Shown here: positions 33,615-44,013 of the stretch, in pieces
Layout of the letters: each line of letters starts with the position of its first letter
Position numbering within the stretch: position 1 is the stretch's first letter
NCBI GenBank assembly: GCA_031282355.1
Contig: JAITDW010000003.1
Span: forward strand, 27,708 to 91,707
Length of the DNA: 64,000 nucleotides
Source of the DNA: Candidatus Endomicrobiellum neotermitis
GTDB taxonomy: Bacteria; Elusimicrobiota; Endomicrobiia; Endomicrobiales; Endomicrobiaceae
Reading direction: 5' to 3'
The notes under the pieces: generated by a model
What the model was told of the DNA's origin: nothing
The model's database searches: none
What the model saw: the letters and a program-made list of their open reading frames with translations, nothing else
Translations under genes and position numbers: made by a program

Positions 33615-36600
33615 TTAAAAACGTACTTGATATTTTAGCATTAATTTCCTATTTGGATTATACGAGGGTGTTTTTAATTTAAGCTCACAACTACTACTTA
33701 AAAATAAATTATTTATGAATCTTGACTGTACTTCTAACTCATGATATAAATCAAATTTATTCTTAAAATCATCAATAGTGAACGAATAACTTAAGGATAA
33801 TCTATTCGTAATATTTTTCTCCAAAGAACATCTCGTACCTAGTAAGAAATTCATAAATTTTGGCTTCTTTTCATTAATAGAATTTGCCTGTATAAAAAAG
33901 ATTTTAAAACCATCTATAAGTTTAGTCTTTTGTAAGATTGTTTTTATAACCGGTGCTGTCAATGTTTGGTCGATAAAACGTAAAGCTTGTTGTTTTATTA
34001 AAAAATTAGCTACAGTTTCAAATTTTGACGTTATTAAATGGTGACTAACAGATTCTGTGCCCATAACTTTTTTAAGAACTTTTTTAGACTCTATATATGG
34101 ATTTGATTTTAAAAGAAATTTTATAGATTTTTCAGATAGATCAGATAGTTTAGATTTTTCAATAATTAATTTTACTGTTTCAAATTCACCATTTTTATTT
34201 ATACATATGTTTGTTACACATTCTGCAGTAACATAAATCTGATTTACATCAACTATCTCTATTTTAGCATATAATATATTAAATTTAAGTCCCAAATAAT
34301 CTATTTTACCATCTGATGTTTCAAGCACTCCGAATGTTTCTAAATTATCACAATTACCTCTTATATGTATAAGTCCATCAAGTAAGGCAGAAACAAATGA
34401 GTTTTCAAATTTTGTATTTTTCGCACTTTTTAAACTCAAATCAAATTCAGTATTTGCTATTATAGAATTTATACCTTTATCTAAACTTTTTGATAATGTT
34501 CCAGGAAACGTAAAATGCGTATTTTCAAATAAAATCCATCCAGAAACCTTATTTTTACTTAAACTTCCTTTTATTTCAACATCAAAACGAGGACTTCCAG
34601 TGGAACATTTATTCAACAAAAACTTAGAATCTATAAAATTAGGTATAGATAGTTGAGGAATATATAAAGGAATCCCATGTTTATTTGTGAGCATTTTTAT
34701 ATCAAAATCTTTAATGTGAAATATATTGTTCAATCTTAAATGTCCATAAATATCTAATCTTCCATTATTAGATTCTAAAGTAAATTTATCTATTTTTACA
34801 AAATTTTCAGTGAAAGATATTTCAGCAAACATATTTTTTACCTTGCTTTTTAGATATTCTTTTAGTTTAAAAGATGCATTTGATATGAGAAGTTTACCAT
34901 CATTTTTAATGTTATCATATGTACCTGTAAAAGATCCTTTTACAAACATCTTACCGCAACACGATTTTATATAACCTTTCGATAAGTATTTTAGTATATT
35001 TAATCTATTATCCTCTATAGTATAAATGATATTTATAGGTTTTGTTTTTATTTTTTCGGACAAAACATTGCTAAAAAAAAGTGGACAAATACCATGAATT
35101 GACACATTAATTTCATTTTGTTTAAATACACTGGCTTTTTTTATATTGATAGAATTATCACAAAAATTTGCTACAAGCTCTAAGCTGTCGTATGGTATTC
35201 TCATTATACAACCATTAATAGATTCTATTGAAATATTTCCATTGAGGTTATTATTAATATTACCATGAAAGTTAGCATCGACATTAACATATCCTGTAGT
35301 TGTATCAGGTAAATTTAAAACGTCATTCATAAAATACCAGTTAATGTTTGAACCCCTTACACTAAGATCCATATAATTTTTTGAGAAATTTGCTTTTAAA
35401 AAAAATGATGTTTTACCACTTAAGATGTCTAGCTTTTGAACAGATATAACATCCCCAAAGGTGATTATTCCTGAAAATTTATGTAACTTCAAAGCATTAG
35501 GATTTTGAAATAAAACTAAAGTTCTATTTTTAACAACATAATTAAAGTTAAAAAATAATAATTTATATTTATTAATACATAAATCGTTCAAGTTGACAGT
35601 TCCGCTATAACCTTTATTTCTTAATATTTTACCAGACAAATTTACACTACCAAATAAATCAATACCTCCAAAACGTACATTATTTAAAGATATATCAGCT
35701 CTATATTTACCATCATTAACTGAAAAAAAACCTTTACTAATTCTTACTTTATCATTTAAAATTTTTGCAGAAATATTGTTTATAGTAATTTCATTGTTAA
35801 TTACTTCAATATTAAACTTAATATCATCTAATTTTATGTTTTTAATATAAGTATTTTTAGATTGTAAAATTATTTTAAGATGTTTTTCACAATTTTTAAA
35901 TTCAATCAATCCCTTACCCCAAAAATTACATTTTATGTATGCTCTAAAGTTTGTAAACATGTTAGTAAACAGCTCTGCTGAATTATTAAAACGATTTTCT
36001 TTTGAGAAAATTTTAGATTTAGCCGCTAAAAATAAAACTTTATTTATATTAATAACACCATTCTGATAATCAAATTTAGAAAACAAAGAAAAATATTGTG
36101 ACAGATATTGACCATTTATTATTAAAATATCAGCACAAACATGTGGATTATTTAAACTACCAAAAATTTTTATATTTAAATTAAAAAAACCTGATGTACG
36201 TATATAAGAGTTTTTGATATTAGTATTTTTAAATTGCAAATCTCCTAGTATTTTATTGTTCATAAAATCTACAGTCAAAAAAGCTTTTATATTATGTCTA
36301 AAATTGTATAATTTAAATTCATTCACTGATATTAATGCATCAGCACAAATATTGTTAAGTAGTATTCCAGATATGCTAGCTTTTGTTATTTCAATAATAC
36401 CGTTGACTTTGTTATTATTTTTGTCTAATTTACCATAAAAATTAATATCACCGTTAATATTAATTGCACCCATGTTGATATTTTTCATGATGAAATGAAC
36501 AGATGAAAAACGATTTTTATTTGTAAAACCAATTACTCCAGCAGCACAAGCTGAAGCTTTAGATGAACTGTTTTGCATACTACAATGCTCTATGTTAATT

Positions 36601-38231
36601 CTGTTTAAATTTATATCACCTCTAACTTCAAGTTTATCAAATTTATTTGTCAAAATTTTCCCATTAAAAACTTTAATATTAAATTCTGTGATTAAATTTT
36701 GTTTATATCTTACATATCCACTTGATGTTCCAGAAATTTTACCTTTTAGATATTTATGATCATTTAATACATTTGAAATGTTTAAGTTTGAAAATATAAA
36801 ATTCACAAAGACTATTTTACAGTTTTTAACTGTACCACCTAAAACAATAAAACGATTATTACTATAAAAATTAAATAAATATTTATCATTATTACGCTTT
36901 AATGTACCTGTAGCAGATAGTATATTATTTTTGATATTTTGTTGTACTATATTATTAAATTCAAAATCAATATGTTCGGTTGTATTATTATTTATTTTTC
37001 CTGAAGCATTAATAACATATTCCATTAATCTTGTATTTTTTAAAATAAGGGGGGTATCCGAGATGGCTATATTTCTTACATCAACGTCTATTGCACCAGT
37101 TTTTATATTACCTTTAATACTTCCCTTTGATTTATCATTTACTAAAAATTTCAGTTTATAATTGCCATTTTTTAGAAAAATTATTTTAAACTTCTTTTTA
37201 TTATGATTACTACCATATGCACATAATATATCATAAATACCACAATATTTTTTTGTTCCGTATATGCTAAGGTCACTACAATTAAAACCAAGAATAGATA
37301 AATCTGAAACATTTAATTTTAATATGTGGTCTTCGTTGTGTTTTTCTAAATTCGCATTAATATTCCCAGATATTTTTTTATTATTTATTTTTGCAATATC
37401 AATTTTTGACTTACCTCTAATAATACCATCAGAATTAAAATCAAATTCAAATTGTCCAAAACTTCCAGCTAAATTTATGTTATAAATATCACTTTTTTTA
37501 GAAAGTATTCCAAAAGATTTTTTTAATTGAAATCCATTGTATTCTATATTATCTACTATAATATTTTGATGAATATTTAATGAATGCAAATCAATTATTC
37601 CATTTGATTTTATAAATATTTTTGTTTTTTTATTTGTGGCTGTAAAAAGCAAAGACGATATAAAAACATTATTTGCTATATGTTTAAGTTGAGAATTTAG
37701 TTTTATAGGAATATTATGCAATAGCACAGTAGAGCTTAAAGTGATAATATTATAATCTATTAATATATCTATATTTTCTATTTTTAAAAATTTAGAGCTG
37801 TTCTTTGATTTTAATGTAATTTTGTCTATGGATATAGTAAATTTAGAATTCTGTAATGCTGAAAATAGTTTTTGTTTATTTTTCATGTCATTATAGGATT
37901 TGAATTTTTCATTTAAAAAAAATTCAAATCCAAATATATTTATTTTACTTACGTAATTTAATGGGGAACAAAAATGAGTGAAAATCTTAACAGGATTTAA
38001 TCTAATATTTAATTTTTGTATAAATATCGAATCATCTATTTTTACATTTTTAAAACTCAAATTAAAAAGTAAAAAATGAAAACCATCAAATTTAAACTCA
38101 TGTCCTATTTTATTATTAATATATCTTTGCACAATGGAGTTAAATATTGAAGTTCTTCCTGAATATATAACGATTAATGAAATTAAGATAATAATTAAAA
38201 AATATACCTTACATCTGAATTTGTGTATCAC
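33615..38231 (-). CDS. TamB/AsmA-like large periplasmic beta-rich protein
   Basis: 1538 aa; N-terminal membrane anchor, alternating beta-strand pattern, C-terminal beta strands ending YQVRF; highly diverged. Confidence 0.6.
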   Translation of the reverse strand: MIHKFRCKVYFLIIILISLIVIYSGRTSIFNSIVQRYINNKIGHEFKFDGFHFLLFNLSFKNVKIDDSIFIQKLNIRLNPVKIFTHFCSPLNYVSKINIFGFEFFLNEKFKSYNDMKNKQKLFSALQNSKFTISIDKITLKSKNSSKFLKIENIDILIDYNIITLSSTVLLHNIPIKLNSQLKHIANNVFISSLLFTATNKKTKIFIKSNGIIDLHSLNIHQNIIVDNIEYNGFQLKKSFGILSKKSDIYNINLAGSFGQFEFDFNSDGIIRGKSKIDIAKINNKKISGNINANLEKHNEDHILKLNVSDLSILGFNCSDLSIYGTKKYCGIYDILCAYGSNHNKKKFKIIFLKNGNYKLKFLVNDKSKGSIKGNIKTGAIDVDVRNIAISDTPLILKNTRLMEYVINASGKINNNTTEHIDFEFNNIVQQNIKNNILSATGTLKRNNDKYLFNFYSNNRFIVLGGTVKNCKIVFVNFIFSNLNISNVLNDHKYLKGKISGTSSGYVRYKQNLITEFNIKVFNGKILTNKFDKLEVRGDINLNRINIEHCSMQNSSSKASACAAGVIGFTNKNRFSSVHFIMKNINMGAININGDINFYGKLDKNNNKVNGIIEITKASISGILLNNICADALISVNEFKLYNFRHNIKAFLTVDFMNNKILGDLQFKNTNIKNSYIRTSGFFNLNIKIFGSLNNPHVCADILIINGQYLSQYFSLFSKFDYQNGVININKVLFLAAKSKIFSKENRFNNSAELFTNMFTNFRAYIKCNFWGKGLIEFKNCEKHLKIILQSKNTYIKNIKLDDIKFNIEVINNEITINNISAKILNDKVRISKGFFSVNDGKYRADISLNNVRFGGIDLFGSVNLSGKILRNKGYSGTVNLNDLCINKYKLLFFNFNYVVKNRTLVLFQNPNALKLHKFSGIITFGDVISVQKLDILSGKTSFFLKANFSKNYMDLSVRGSNINWYFMNDVLNLPDTTTGYVNVDANFHGNINNNLNGNISIESINGCIMRIPYDSLELVANFCDNSINIKKASVFKQNEINVSIHGICPLFFSNVLSEKIKTKPINIIYTIEDNRLNILKYLSKGYIKSCCGKMFVKGSFTGTYDNIKNDGKLLISNASFKLKEYLKSKVKNMFAEISFTENFVKIDKFTLESNNGRLDIYGHLRLNNIFHIKDFDIKMLTNKHGIPLYIPQLSIPNFIDSKFLLNKCSTGSPRFDVEIKGSLSKNKVSGWILFENTHFTFPGTLSKSLDKGINSIIANTEFDLSLKSAKNTKFENSFVSALLDGLIHIRGNCDNLETFGVLETSDGKIDYLGLKFNILYAKIEIVDVNQIYVTAECVTNICINKNGEFETVKLIIEKSKLSDLSEKSIKFLLKSNPYIESKKVLKKVMGTESVSHHLITSKFETVANFLIKQQALRFIDQTLTAPVIKTILQKTKLIDGFKIFFIQANSINEKKPKFMNFLLGTRCSLEKNITNRLSLSYSFTIDDFKNKFDLYHELEVQSRFINNLFLSSSCELKLKTPSYNPNRKLMLKYQVRF

Positions 38232-38291
38232 AAAATTATATATCCTCTAACATCTAGTAGTAATCCAAAATAATAAAACATACTAACTTTA

Positions 38292-39182
38292 TTATTTAAT
38301 AGGAATACCTGTCAATCTTGTAAGATTTCTAAACTCTTTCATAAGTCTTATTGTAATTTTATCAGGTTTACCATTAGCTATTTTTCTTGAGTCTGCATAT
38401 ACAACTGGAACTATTTCAGATGTTGTACTTGTTAGGAAACACTCATCCGCATTATAAATATTATATATACTAATACGTTCTTCCTTAACTGGAATCTTTA
38501 ATTTATTTTTTGCAAGTTCTATAACTGTATCCCTTGTTATTCCAACCAAAGCACCTTCAGAACCACTTGGGGTATAAAGAATGTCATTTTTTAAAATAAA
38601 TATATTAGCTTTGCTACATCCAACAACATATCCTTCGGCATTTAGCATTATCGCTTCCATAACTCTGTATCTTATAGCTTCATTTTTAGCAAGTATATTA
38701 TTCAAATAGTTCAAAGATTTAATATTAGGACTCAACGAATCCTGTTTCGTTCTTCTTACAGATGCTGTTATTATATCTATACCTTTTTCATAAATTCCTT
38801 CTGAATATAATAACGAAGAAATTGTACTTGTAATAATTATAATTGAAGAAGGTGCTATTGTATATTGTTCTTTATTATCGAGTTCTATGTTACTGTCACT
38901 ACCTCTTGTAATTATAAGTTTTACGTATCCATCAGAAAGTTTATTAACCAAAAGAGTTTCTATTATAGCTTTCTCAATATCTATTTGCATAACTGGAATT
39001 GTAAGATTAATAGCTTTTGCTGATGCCCAAAGTCTATCTAAATGTTCTTTTAACCTAAAAACTCGTCCATTATATGCTCTTATATTTTCAAATATTCCAT
39101 AGCCGTACAACATTCCATGGTCAAAAATTGATATTTTAGCATCCTTTTCTTCAATAAATTGTCCATTAATGTAAATTTTCAT
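38292..39182 (-). CDS. ilvE: branched-chain amino acid aminotransferase
   Basis: DHGMLYGYGIFE.IR, EHLDRL, KSLNYLNN, LVGITR, ADECFLT. Confidence 0.9.
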   Translation of the reverse strand: MKIYINGQFIEEKDAKISIFDHGMLYGYGIFENIRAYNGRVFRLKEHLDRLWASAKAINLTIPVMQIDIEKAIIETLLVNKLSDGYVKLIITRGSDSNIELDNKEQYTIAPSSIIIITSTISSLLYSEGIYEKGIDIITASVRRTKQDSLSPNIKSLNYLNNILAKNEAIRYRVMEAIMLNAEGYVVGCSKANIFILKNDILYTPSGSEGALVGITRDTVIELAKNKLKIPVKEERISIYNIYNADECFLTSTTSEIVPVVYADSRKIANGKPDKITIRLMKEFRNLTRLTGIPIK

Positions 39183-39506
39183 AATTTTTATCTCCTAGCA
39201 TTTTTTATATGTTTTATACTATTATATTGTTTTTTAACATTCTTTTAATACAATTTCCAATTTAGCATAAAATTTATTTTTTAAAGGAATTCAGTTGTAA
39301 ATATCATTAAAATCTAAGAAGCAAAATAAATAACTTATTTATATACTAATATTTTTGGCGCTTGTTTAATAGATAATAAAAACATGACTTGTACTTTTTT
39401 TGAATTGTCAAAAAAATTGATGTGGAAGAAAATAATACTAACAAACCCACCTAAAAAGTATACACTAATAAAGTAACATCACAATGATCAATAAATAAGA
39501 ATATAC

Positions 39507-40091
39507 TTATAACCTATAACCAAATAATTCTTCTTCAATAATTTTTGCAACAATATGTATCACAAGTATGTGACATTCTTGTATTCTTGCAGTAATTTTT
39601 GACGGAGCACAATAACAGATATCACACATATTTTTTAATTCCCCACCAACAAAACCCGTCATTCCTATTTTAAATAATTTTAAATTTTTGGCTGATTCTA
39701 AAGCCCTTATAACATTTAAAGAATTTCCACTCGTAGATATTGCTATAAAAATATCGTTTTTATTAGCAAAAGCTTCAAGTTGTCTACTAAAAATATAATC
39801 ATATCCTAAATCATTACCTATAGCTGTAATCGCTGGCACATTTTCAGATAAAGTGACTACTGTGAGAGGCTCTCTTTCTTTTTCAAACTTAACAAGCATT
39901 TCAGCTGAAAAATGCAATGCATCTGAAGCAGAACCACCATTACCACAAATAATTACTTTATTTTTATTTTTATATGTTTCAACGATTTTTTCTGCTATAT
40001 TAAATATGCATTCAATTTGTTCACATTTAAGCATATTTTTTTTTACTTTGATATTTTCATTAATTAAACTACTAACTAAATTTTGGATCAT
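39507..40091 (-). CDS. gmhA: phosphoheptose isomerase
   Basis: CGNGGSASDALH, TAIGND, ISTSGNS, RIQECH. Confidence 0.93.
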   Translation of the reverse strand: MIQNLVSSLINENIKVKKNMLKCEQIECIFNIAEKIVETYKNKNKVIICGNGGSASDALHFSAEMLVKFEKEREPLTVVTLSENVPAITAIGNDLGYDYIFSRQLEAFANKNDIFIAISTSGNSLNVIRALESAKNLKLFKIGMTGFVGGELKNMCDICYCAPSKITARIQECHILVIHIVAKIIEEELFGYRL

Positions 40092-40179
40092 CTATTAAAT
40101 TCCTTTTATTATTTTATATAACTCAAATTCTATTCTAATGCATAAAATATAAAAATATCAATCGATAATAAATCATTTT

Positions 40180-41529
40180 TTATCTTCCTAAAATATATTT
40201 TGTAAGAAAATCTGTACTGACACTACCTTTGCGAAATTTTTCATTAGCCATAATTTTACTATGAAGTAAAGATGTATTTTTAACACCCTCTATTTCAACT
40301 TCCTTTAAAGCTCTTTGCATCCTTACAATAGCTTCTTCTCTATTACTACCAAAAGCAATAATTTTAGCAATCAAACTATCATAAAATGGAGGGATAGTAT
40401 ATCCTGAATAAACATGTGTATCTAACCTGATTCCATACCCACCTGGTAAAAACAACTTACCAATTGTTCCAGGTGAAGGAATAAAATCCCTGTCTGGATC
40501 CTCAGCATTTATTCTACATTCTATAGCATGTCCTAAAATTTTGACTTTTTCTGAAGACACAGAAAGTTTTTCTCCTACAGCAAGTTTTATTTGTTCTTTT
40601 ACTAAATCAACTCCAGTAACCATCTCTGTAATCGGGTGTTCTACCTGGATCCTAGTATTCATTTCCATAAAATAAAAATTACCTTTCTTATCAACAAGAA
40701 ATTCAACTGTACCTACAGTTACATACTTTACAGCTTCTGCTACATTTTTTGCGATTTTACCCATTTTTTTTCTGAGTGTTTCATTTATTAATTCAGATGG
40801 ACTTTCTTCAACAAGTTTTTGATGCTTTCTTTGTATAGAACAATCTCTTTCAGGAAGATACGCAATTTTTCCATACTTATCACCAAGTATTTGAAACTCC
40901 ACATGATAAGGTTCTTCTATATATTTTTCTATATACACATTTGGATTACCAAAAGCAGCTTTAGCTTCCATTTGTGCCATAACTATAGAATCGTGGAGAG
41001 TTTCTTCTGAAATAACTATCCGCATACCTCTCCCACCACCTCCAGCAGTTGCTTTAACAATAACAGGATACCCTATTTTTTTAACAATATTAGAAACCTT
41101 AGAATCATCTGGATCAACAGAACCATTTGATCCAGGTATTACAGGAATTCCAGATTTTTTCATAAGTTCTATGGCAGAAATTTTGTCACCCATCTGTTTT
41201 ATAGACTCTTTGGAGGGTCCTATAAATTTTAATCCACAAGCTTCACAAACTTCTGCAAAATAAGTATTCTCAGCTAAAAATCCATATCCTGGATGAATTG
41301 CACTTGCTCCTGAAATTTCAGCAGCAGCTATAATACTTGGTATATTTAAATAACTTTCTGAAGCGCTAGCTCGTCCCACACATACAGTTTGATCTGCAAG
41401 TTTAACGTGCATACTTTCCCTATCAATTTCTGAATGAATAGCAACAGTTTTAATGCCTAATTCTCTACACGCCCTTATAATTCTGCATGCAATTTCTCCT
41501 CTGTTTGCAATTAAAATTTTTTTAAACAT
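40180..41529 (-). CDS. accC: acetyl-CoA carboxylase biotin carboxylase subunit
   Basis: ANRGEIA, HPGYGFLAEN, GGGGRG, EMNTRIQVEH, RINAED. Confidence 0.96.
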   Translation of the reverse strand: MFKKILIANRGEIACRIIRACRELGIKTVAIHSEIDRESMHVKLADQTVCVGRASASESYLNIPSIIAAAEISGASAIHPGYGFLAENTYFAEVCEACGLKFIGPSKESIKQMGDKISAIELMKKSGIPVIPGSNGSVDPDDSKVSNIVKKIGYPVIVKATAGGGGRGMRIVISEETLHDSIVMAQMEAKAAFGNPNVYIEKYIEEPYHVEFQILGDKYGKIAYLPERDCSIQRKHQKLVEESPSELINETLRKKMGKIAKNVAEAVKYVTVGTVEFLVDKKGNFYFMEMNTRIQVEHPITEMVTGVDLVKEQIKLAVGEKLSVSSEKVKILGHAIECRINAEDPDRDFIPSPGTIGKLFLPGGYGIRLDTHVYSGYTIPPFYDSLIAKIIAFGSNREEAIVRMQRALKEVEIEGVKNTSLLHSKIMANEKFRKGSVSTDFLTKYILGR

Positions 41530-41570
41530 TCCCTGTCTCCGAAAAAACTACAAAATTTTGCTTTTATAAA

Positions 41571-42005
41571 TTATTTGTTGTTTTTATTATCATTTGTTTC
41601 TACAAAAAATAATTCTTGTCCGTACTCTACAAACTCACCGTTTGACACCATAATTTTTGATATTTTACCATTGACGTTAGAATATATATCCTTAATAATT
41701 TTCATAGCCTCAATTTGTCCAATTTTTTGTCCAATAACTACATCATCTCCTTCCTTTACAAACGGAAGTTTATCATTATTATAAGTACTCACAAAAGTAC
41801 CTACCATAGCAGATTTAATAATAACAGGTAGCAATTTTTTTGCTTCCTTTTTTTTACATGTATTTTCAATATCCTTCTTTTCAGGTAAAGTTTTCACATC
41901 AGTTTTTTTGAAATACAAAAAATCGTCCATAACTTTATATCGCACTTCCTCGATATCTGTATCTTTTATAGATTTTAAAAACTCTTTTATTTTTTGTGAA
42001 TTCAT
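41571..42005 (-). CDS. accB: biotin carboxyl carrier protein
   Basis: SAMVGTF, IEAMK biotinylation site, VEYGQELF; upstream of accC. Confidence 0.92.
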   Translation of the reverse strand: MNSQKIKEFLKSIKDTDIEEVRYKVMDDFLYFKKTDVKTLPEKKDIENTCKKKEAKKLLPVIIKSAMVGTFVSTYNNDKLPFVKEGDDVVIGQKIGQIEAMKIIKDIYSNVNGKISKIMVSNGEFVEYGQELFFVETNDNKNNK

Positions 42006-42075
42006 CTCAAACTCTTTTTTAATAATCTCTTAAATTATAAATTTACATTTATATAAGAAAACAAATAATATATTT

Positions 42076-42633
42076 TTAGACTCTTTCAATATATTTACCT
42101 GTCCTTGTATCTACCTTTATCTTATCACCATTTTTTATAAAAAGAGGCACTCTAATATTTACACCGGTCTCAAGTTTAGCAATTTTTGTCATGTTTGAAA
42201 CAGAGTCTCCTTTAATACCTGGTTCTGCTTCAACTACTGTAATTTCTATAGTTATTGGAAGTTCTATGTTCACCAGTTCATTCTCAAGATATGTCATATC
42301 AGCTTCAATACCTTCTACAAGAAAATTGAATACTTTATGCACAAGCTCAAAAGGAATTGCTACCTGTTCATATGTATTCATATCCATAAAATTAAATTTT
42401 TCCCCTTCTTTATACAGAAATACTTTCTTTTGTTTTATAACACTTAGTAATTTAAATCTCTCTCCTGATTTAAATGTGCGTTCAATTATACTACCATTCT
42501 TAAGATGCCTAAGTCGCACACGCATCACAGCACCACCTTTACCAGGCTTATGATTTTGAAACCAGGTAATTTGATAAGGTTCTCCTTCAACTAAAATATT
42601 AATACCATTTTTAAAGTTGGACGTTGAAATCAT
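42076..42633 (-). CDS. efp: elongation factor P
   Basis: HKPGKGGA, FMDMNTYEQ, PGIKGD, LETG..VPLFI..G..IKVDTR. Confidence 0.96.
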   Translation of the reverse strand: MISTSNFKNGINILVEGEPYQITWFQNHKPGKGGAVMRVRLRHLKNGSIIERTFKSGERFKLLSVIKQKKVFLYKEGEKFNFMDMNTYEQVAIPFELVHKVFNFLVEGIEADMTYLENELVNIELPITIEITVVEAEPGIKGDSVSNMTKIAKLETGVNIRVPLFIKNGDKIKVDTRTGKYIERV

Positions 42634-42707
42634 TAATTTCCTCTACACTATACATACTAATAAAATAATTCATAGTAAAAATCATTAAGTAATTTAATTT
42701 TATGTTA

Positions 42708-43385
42708 TTAAACTGTTCTCAAATAACAACTATGGGCTAACTTTTTCATAAAAACACTCAATAGTGGTCTACGCACATATTTTATAAGATAAGATTCAAC
42801 ATAATTCCATATTCTATCATCTTCTAGCTTTTTAATTAAATCTAATTCATCACCAGAACAGTTTGAAAGCTTAATTATAGTTTTTTGAACTTCCTTACTA
42901 ACAATGCTACAATTATTATTGTACTTTAAATAATCTGAAAAAGCATAACCAGATAACTTTAGAAAACGCAATACAAATGCTATAAGGATACGCTTAGGAT
43001 ATTTACAGGTTCTAAGCAATTCCAATCCCCTTACTATTAAATTATACTTATTAATATCTGTAAGATAAAAAGGTGTAAATTTATCACTCACTTCTGCAAT
43101 GTACAAAGCATGTATCATTTTATCAAAATCAAGTTTTATATTTGTATTATTTTCAATTATATTAGCTCCAGTTACTTTTGGTCGTACAGCATGATCACTA
43201 TTAAATACTATGAACTCACTTTCAGTTAAAGGCTCTGTGGCATAAGAAAGTTTCGCAGTAATTTTTTTTGCGCTAGGTGCTACAGCATAGATCTTACCAC
43301 ACTCATAAGAATAAATCGTTATAAGTTTATCATGTTCCCCTTGTATTTTTGCATTAAGAACTAATCCTTTTAGTTTATAGTACAT
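42708..43385 (-). CDS. recO: DNA repair protein RecO (short form)
   Basis: N-terminal OB fold G.VL....GEHDKLITIYS...GKI..VA..AKK; F.LRFLKLSGY; follows ybeY. Confidence 0.8.
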   Translation of the reverse strand: MYYKLKGLVLNAKIQGEHDKLITIYSYECGKIYAVAPSAKKITAKLSYATEPLTESEFIVFNSDHAVRPKVTGANIIENNTNIKLDFDKMIHALYIAEVSDKFTPFYLTDINKYNLIVRGLELLRTCKYPKRILIAFVLRFLKLSGYAFSDYLKYNNNCSIVSKEVQKTIIKLSNCSGDELDLIKKLEDDRIWNYVESYLIKYVRRPLLSVFMKKLAHSCYLRTV

Positions 43386-43478
43386 ATATTTTTTTTATTA
43401 TCATAAATTTTTACCTATCTCAAAAAAACATACAATATGAAATACTAAGAATTAATAAAAAAGTATAAATAATGTTTT

Positions 43479-43961
43479 TTAACGAACATGAGAAAATAAG
43501 CGCTTAAATATTTTATCCTGCTTAGCAAACATTTTCGCTCTACTAATTTCATCATAATCTGTGTAACCGCAAAGATGTAAAACACCATGAATAACCAAAT
43601 AAGCAAGTTCTTTTTTCCACGTATTTCTATATATTTTTGCCTGCTTTTGAGAATATCTTTTTGATATATATATGTCACCAATAAACATTTTTTGATCTAT
43701 TAAAAATGATATAACATCTGTTACGCGCTTAACTTTTCTATATTTAGTATTAAGCTTTTTTATTCTTTCATTACTTACCATCACAAAATTTATCTGATAT
43801 CTTTTTATTTTTTCAACTTCTAAAACGGTAGAGGCAGACCTACGCAACAAGGCTACGTCATGTTTTTGAAAATTAATAAACCTCATATTTACAATGTTAT
43901 AGCAATATTTTAACATATTAAAATTAAACTTCATTATTTTTTCTTGTTTTTTTATAGTCAT
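43479..43961 (-). CDS. ybeY: rRNA maturation factor YbeY
   Basis: LN.KYR....TDVISF, GDIYIS, HGVLHLCGY; true start is probably a downstream ATG. Confidence 0.88.
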   Translation of the reverse strand: MTIKKQEKIMKFNFNMLKYCYNIVNMRFINFQKHDVALLRRSASTVLEVEKIKRYQINFVMVSNERIKKLNTKYRKVKRVTDVISFLIDQKMFIGDIYISKRYSQKQAKIYRNTWKKELAYLVIHGVLHLCGYTDYDEISRAKMFAKQDKIFKRLFSHVR

Positions 43962-44013
43962 AATACTGCTAAATATGCAAAAACCTTACATCTCTGAGTT
44001 TTTGTTTTAATTT

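Noticed and set aside
39183-39506. Pseudogene remnants in the gmhA-ilvE spacer (also 33294-33614 and 45775-46026)
   Set aside because: Spacer lengths suggest decay but no identifiable motif was found by eye
43479-43961. YbeY third metal-ligand His replaced (GYTD instead of GYDH)
   Set aside because: GYxD variants occur in other lineages, so this is not evidence of inactivation
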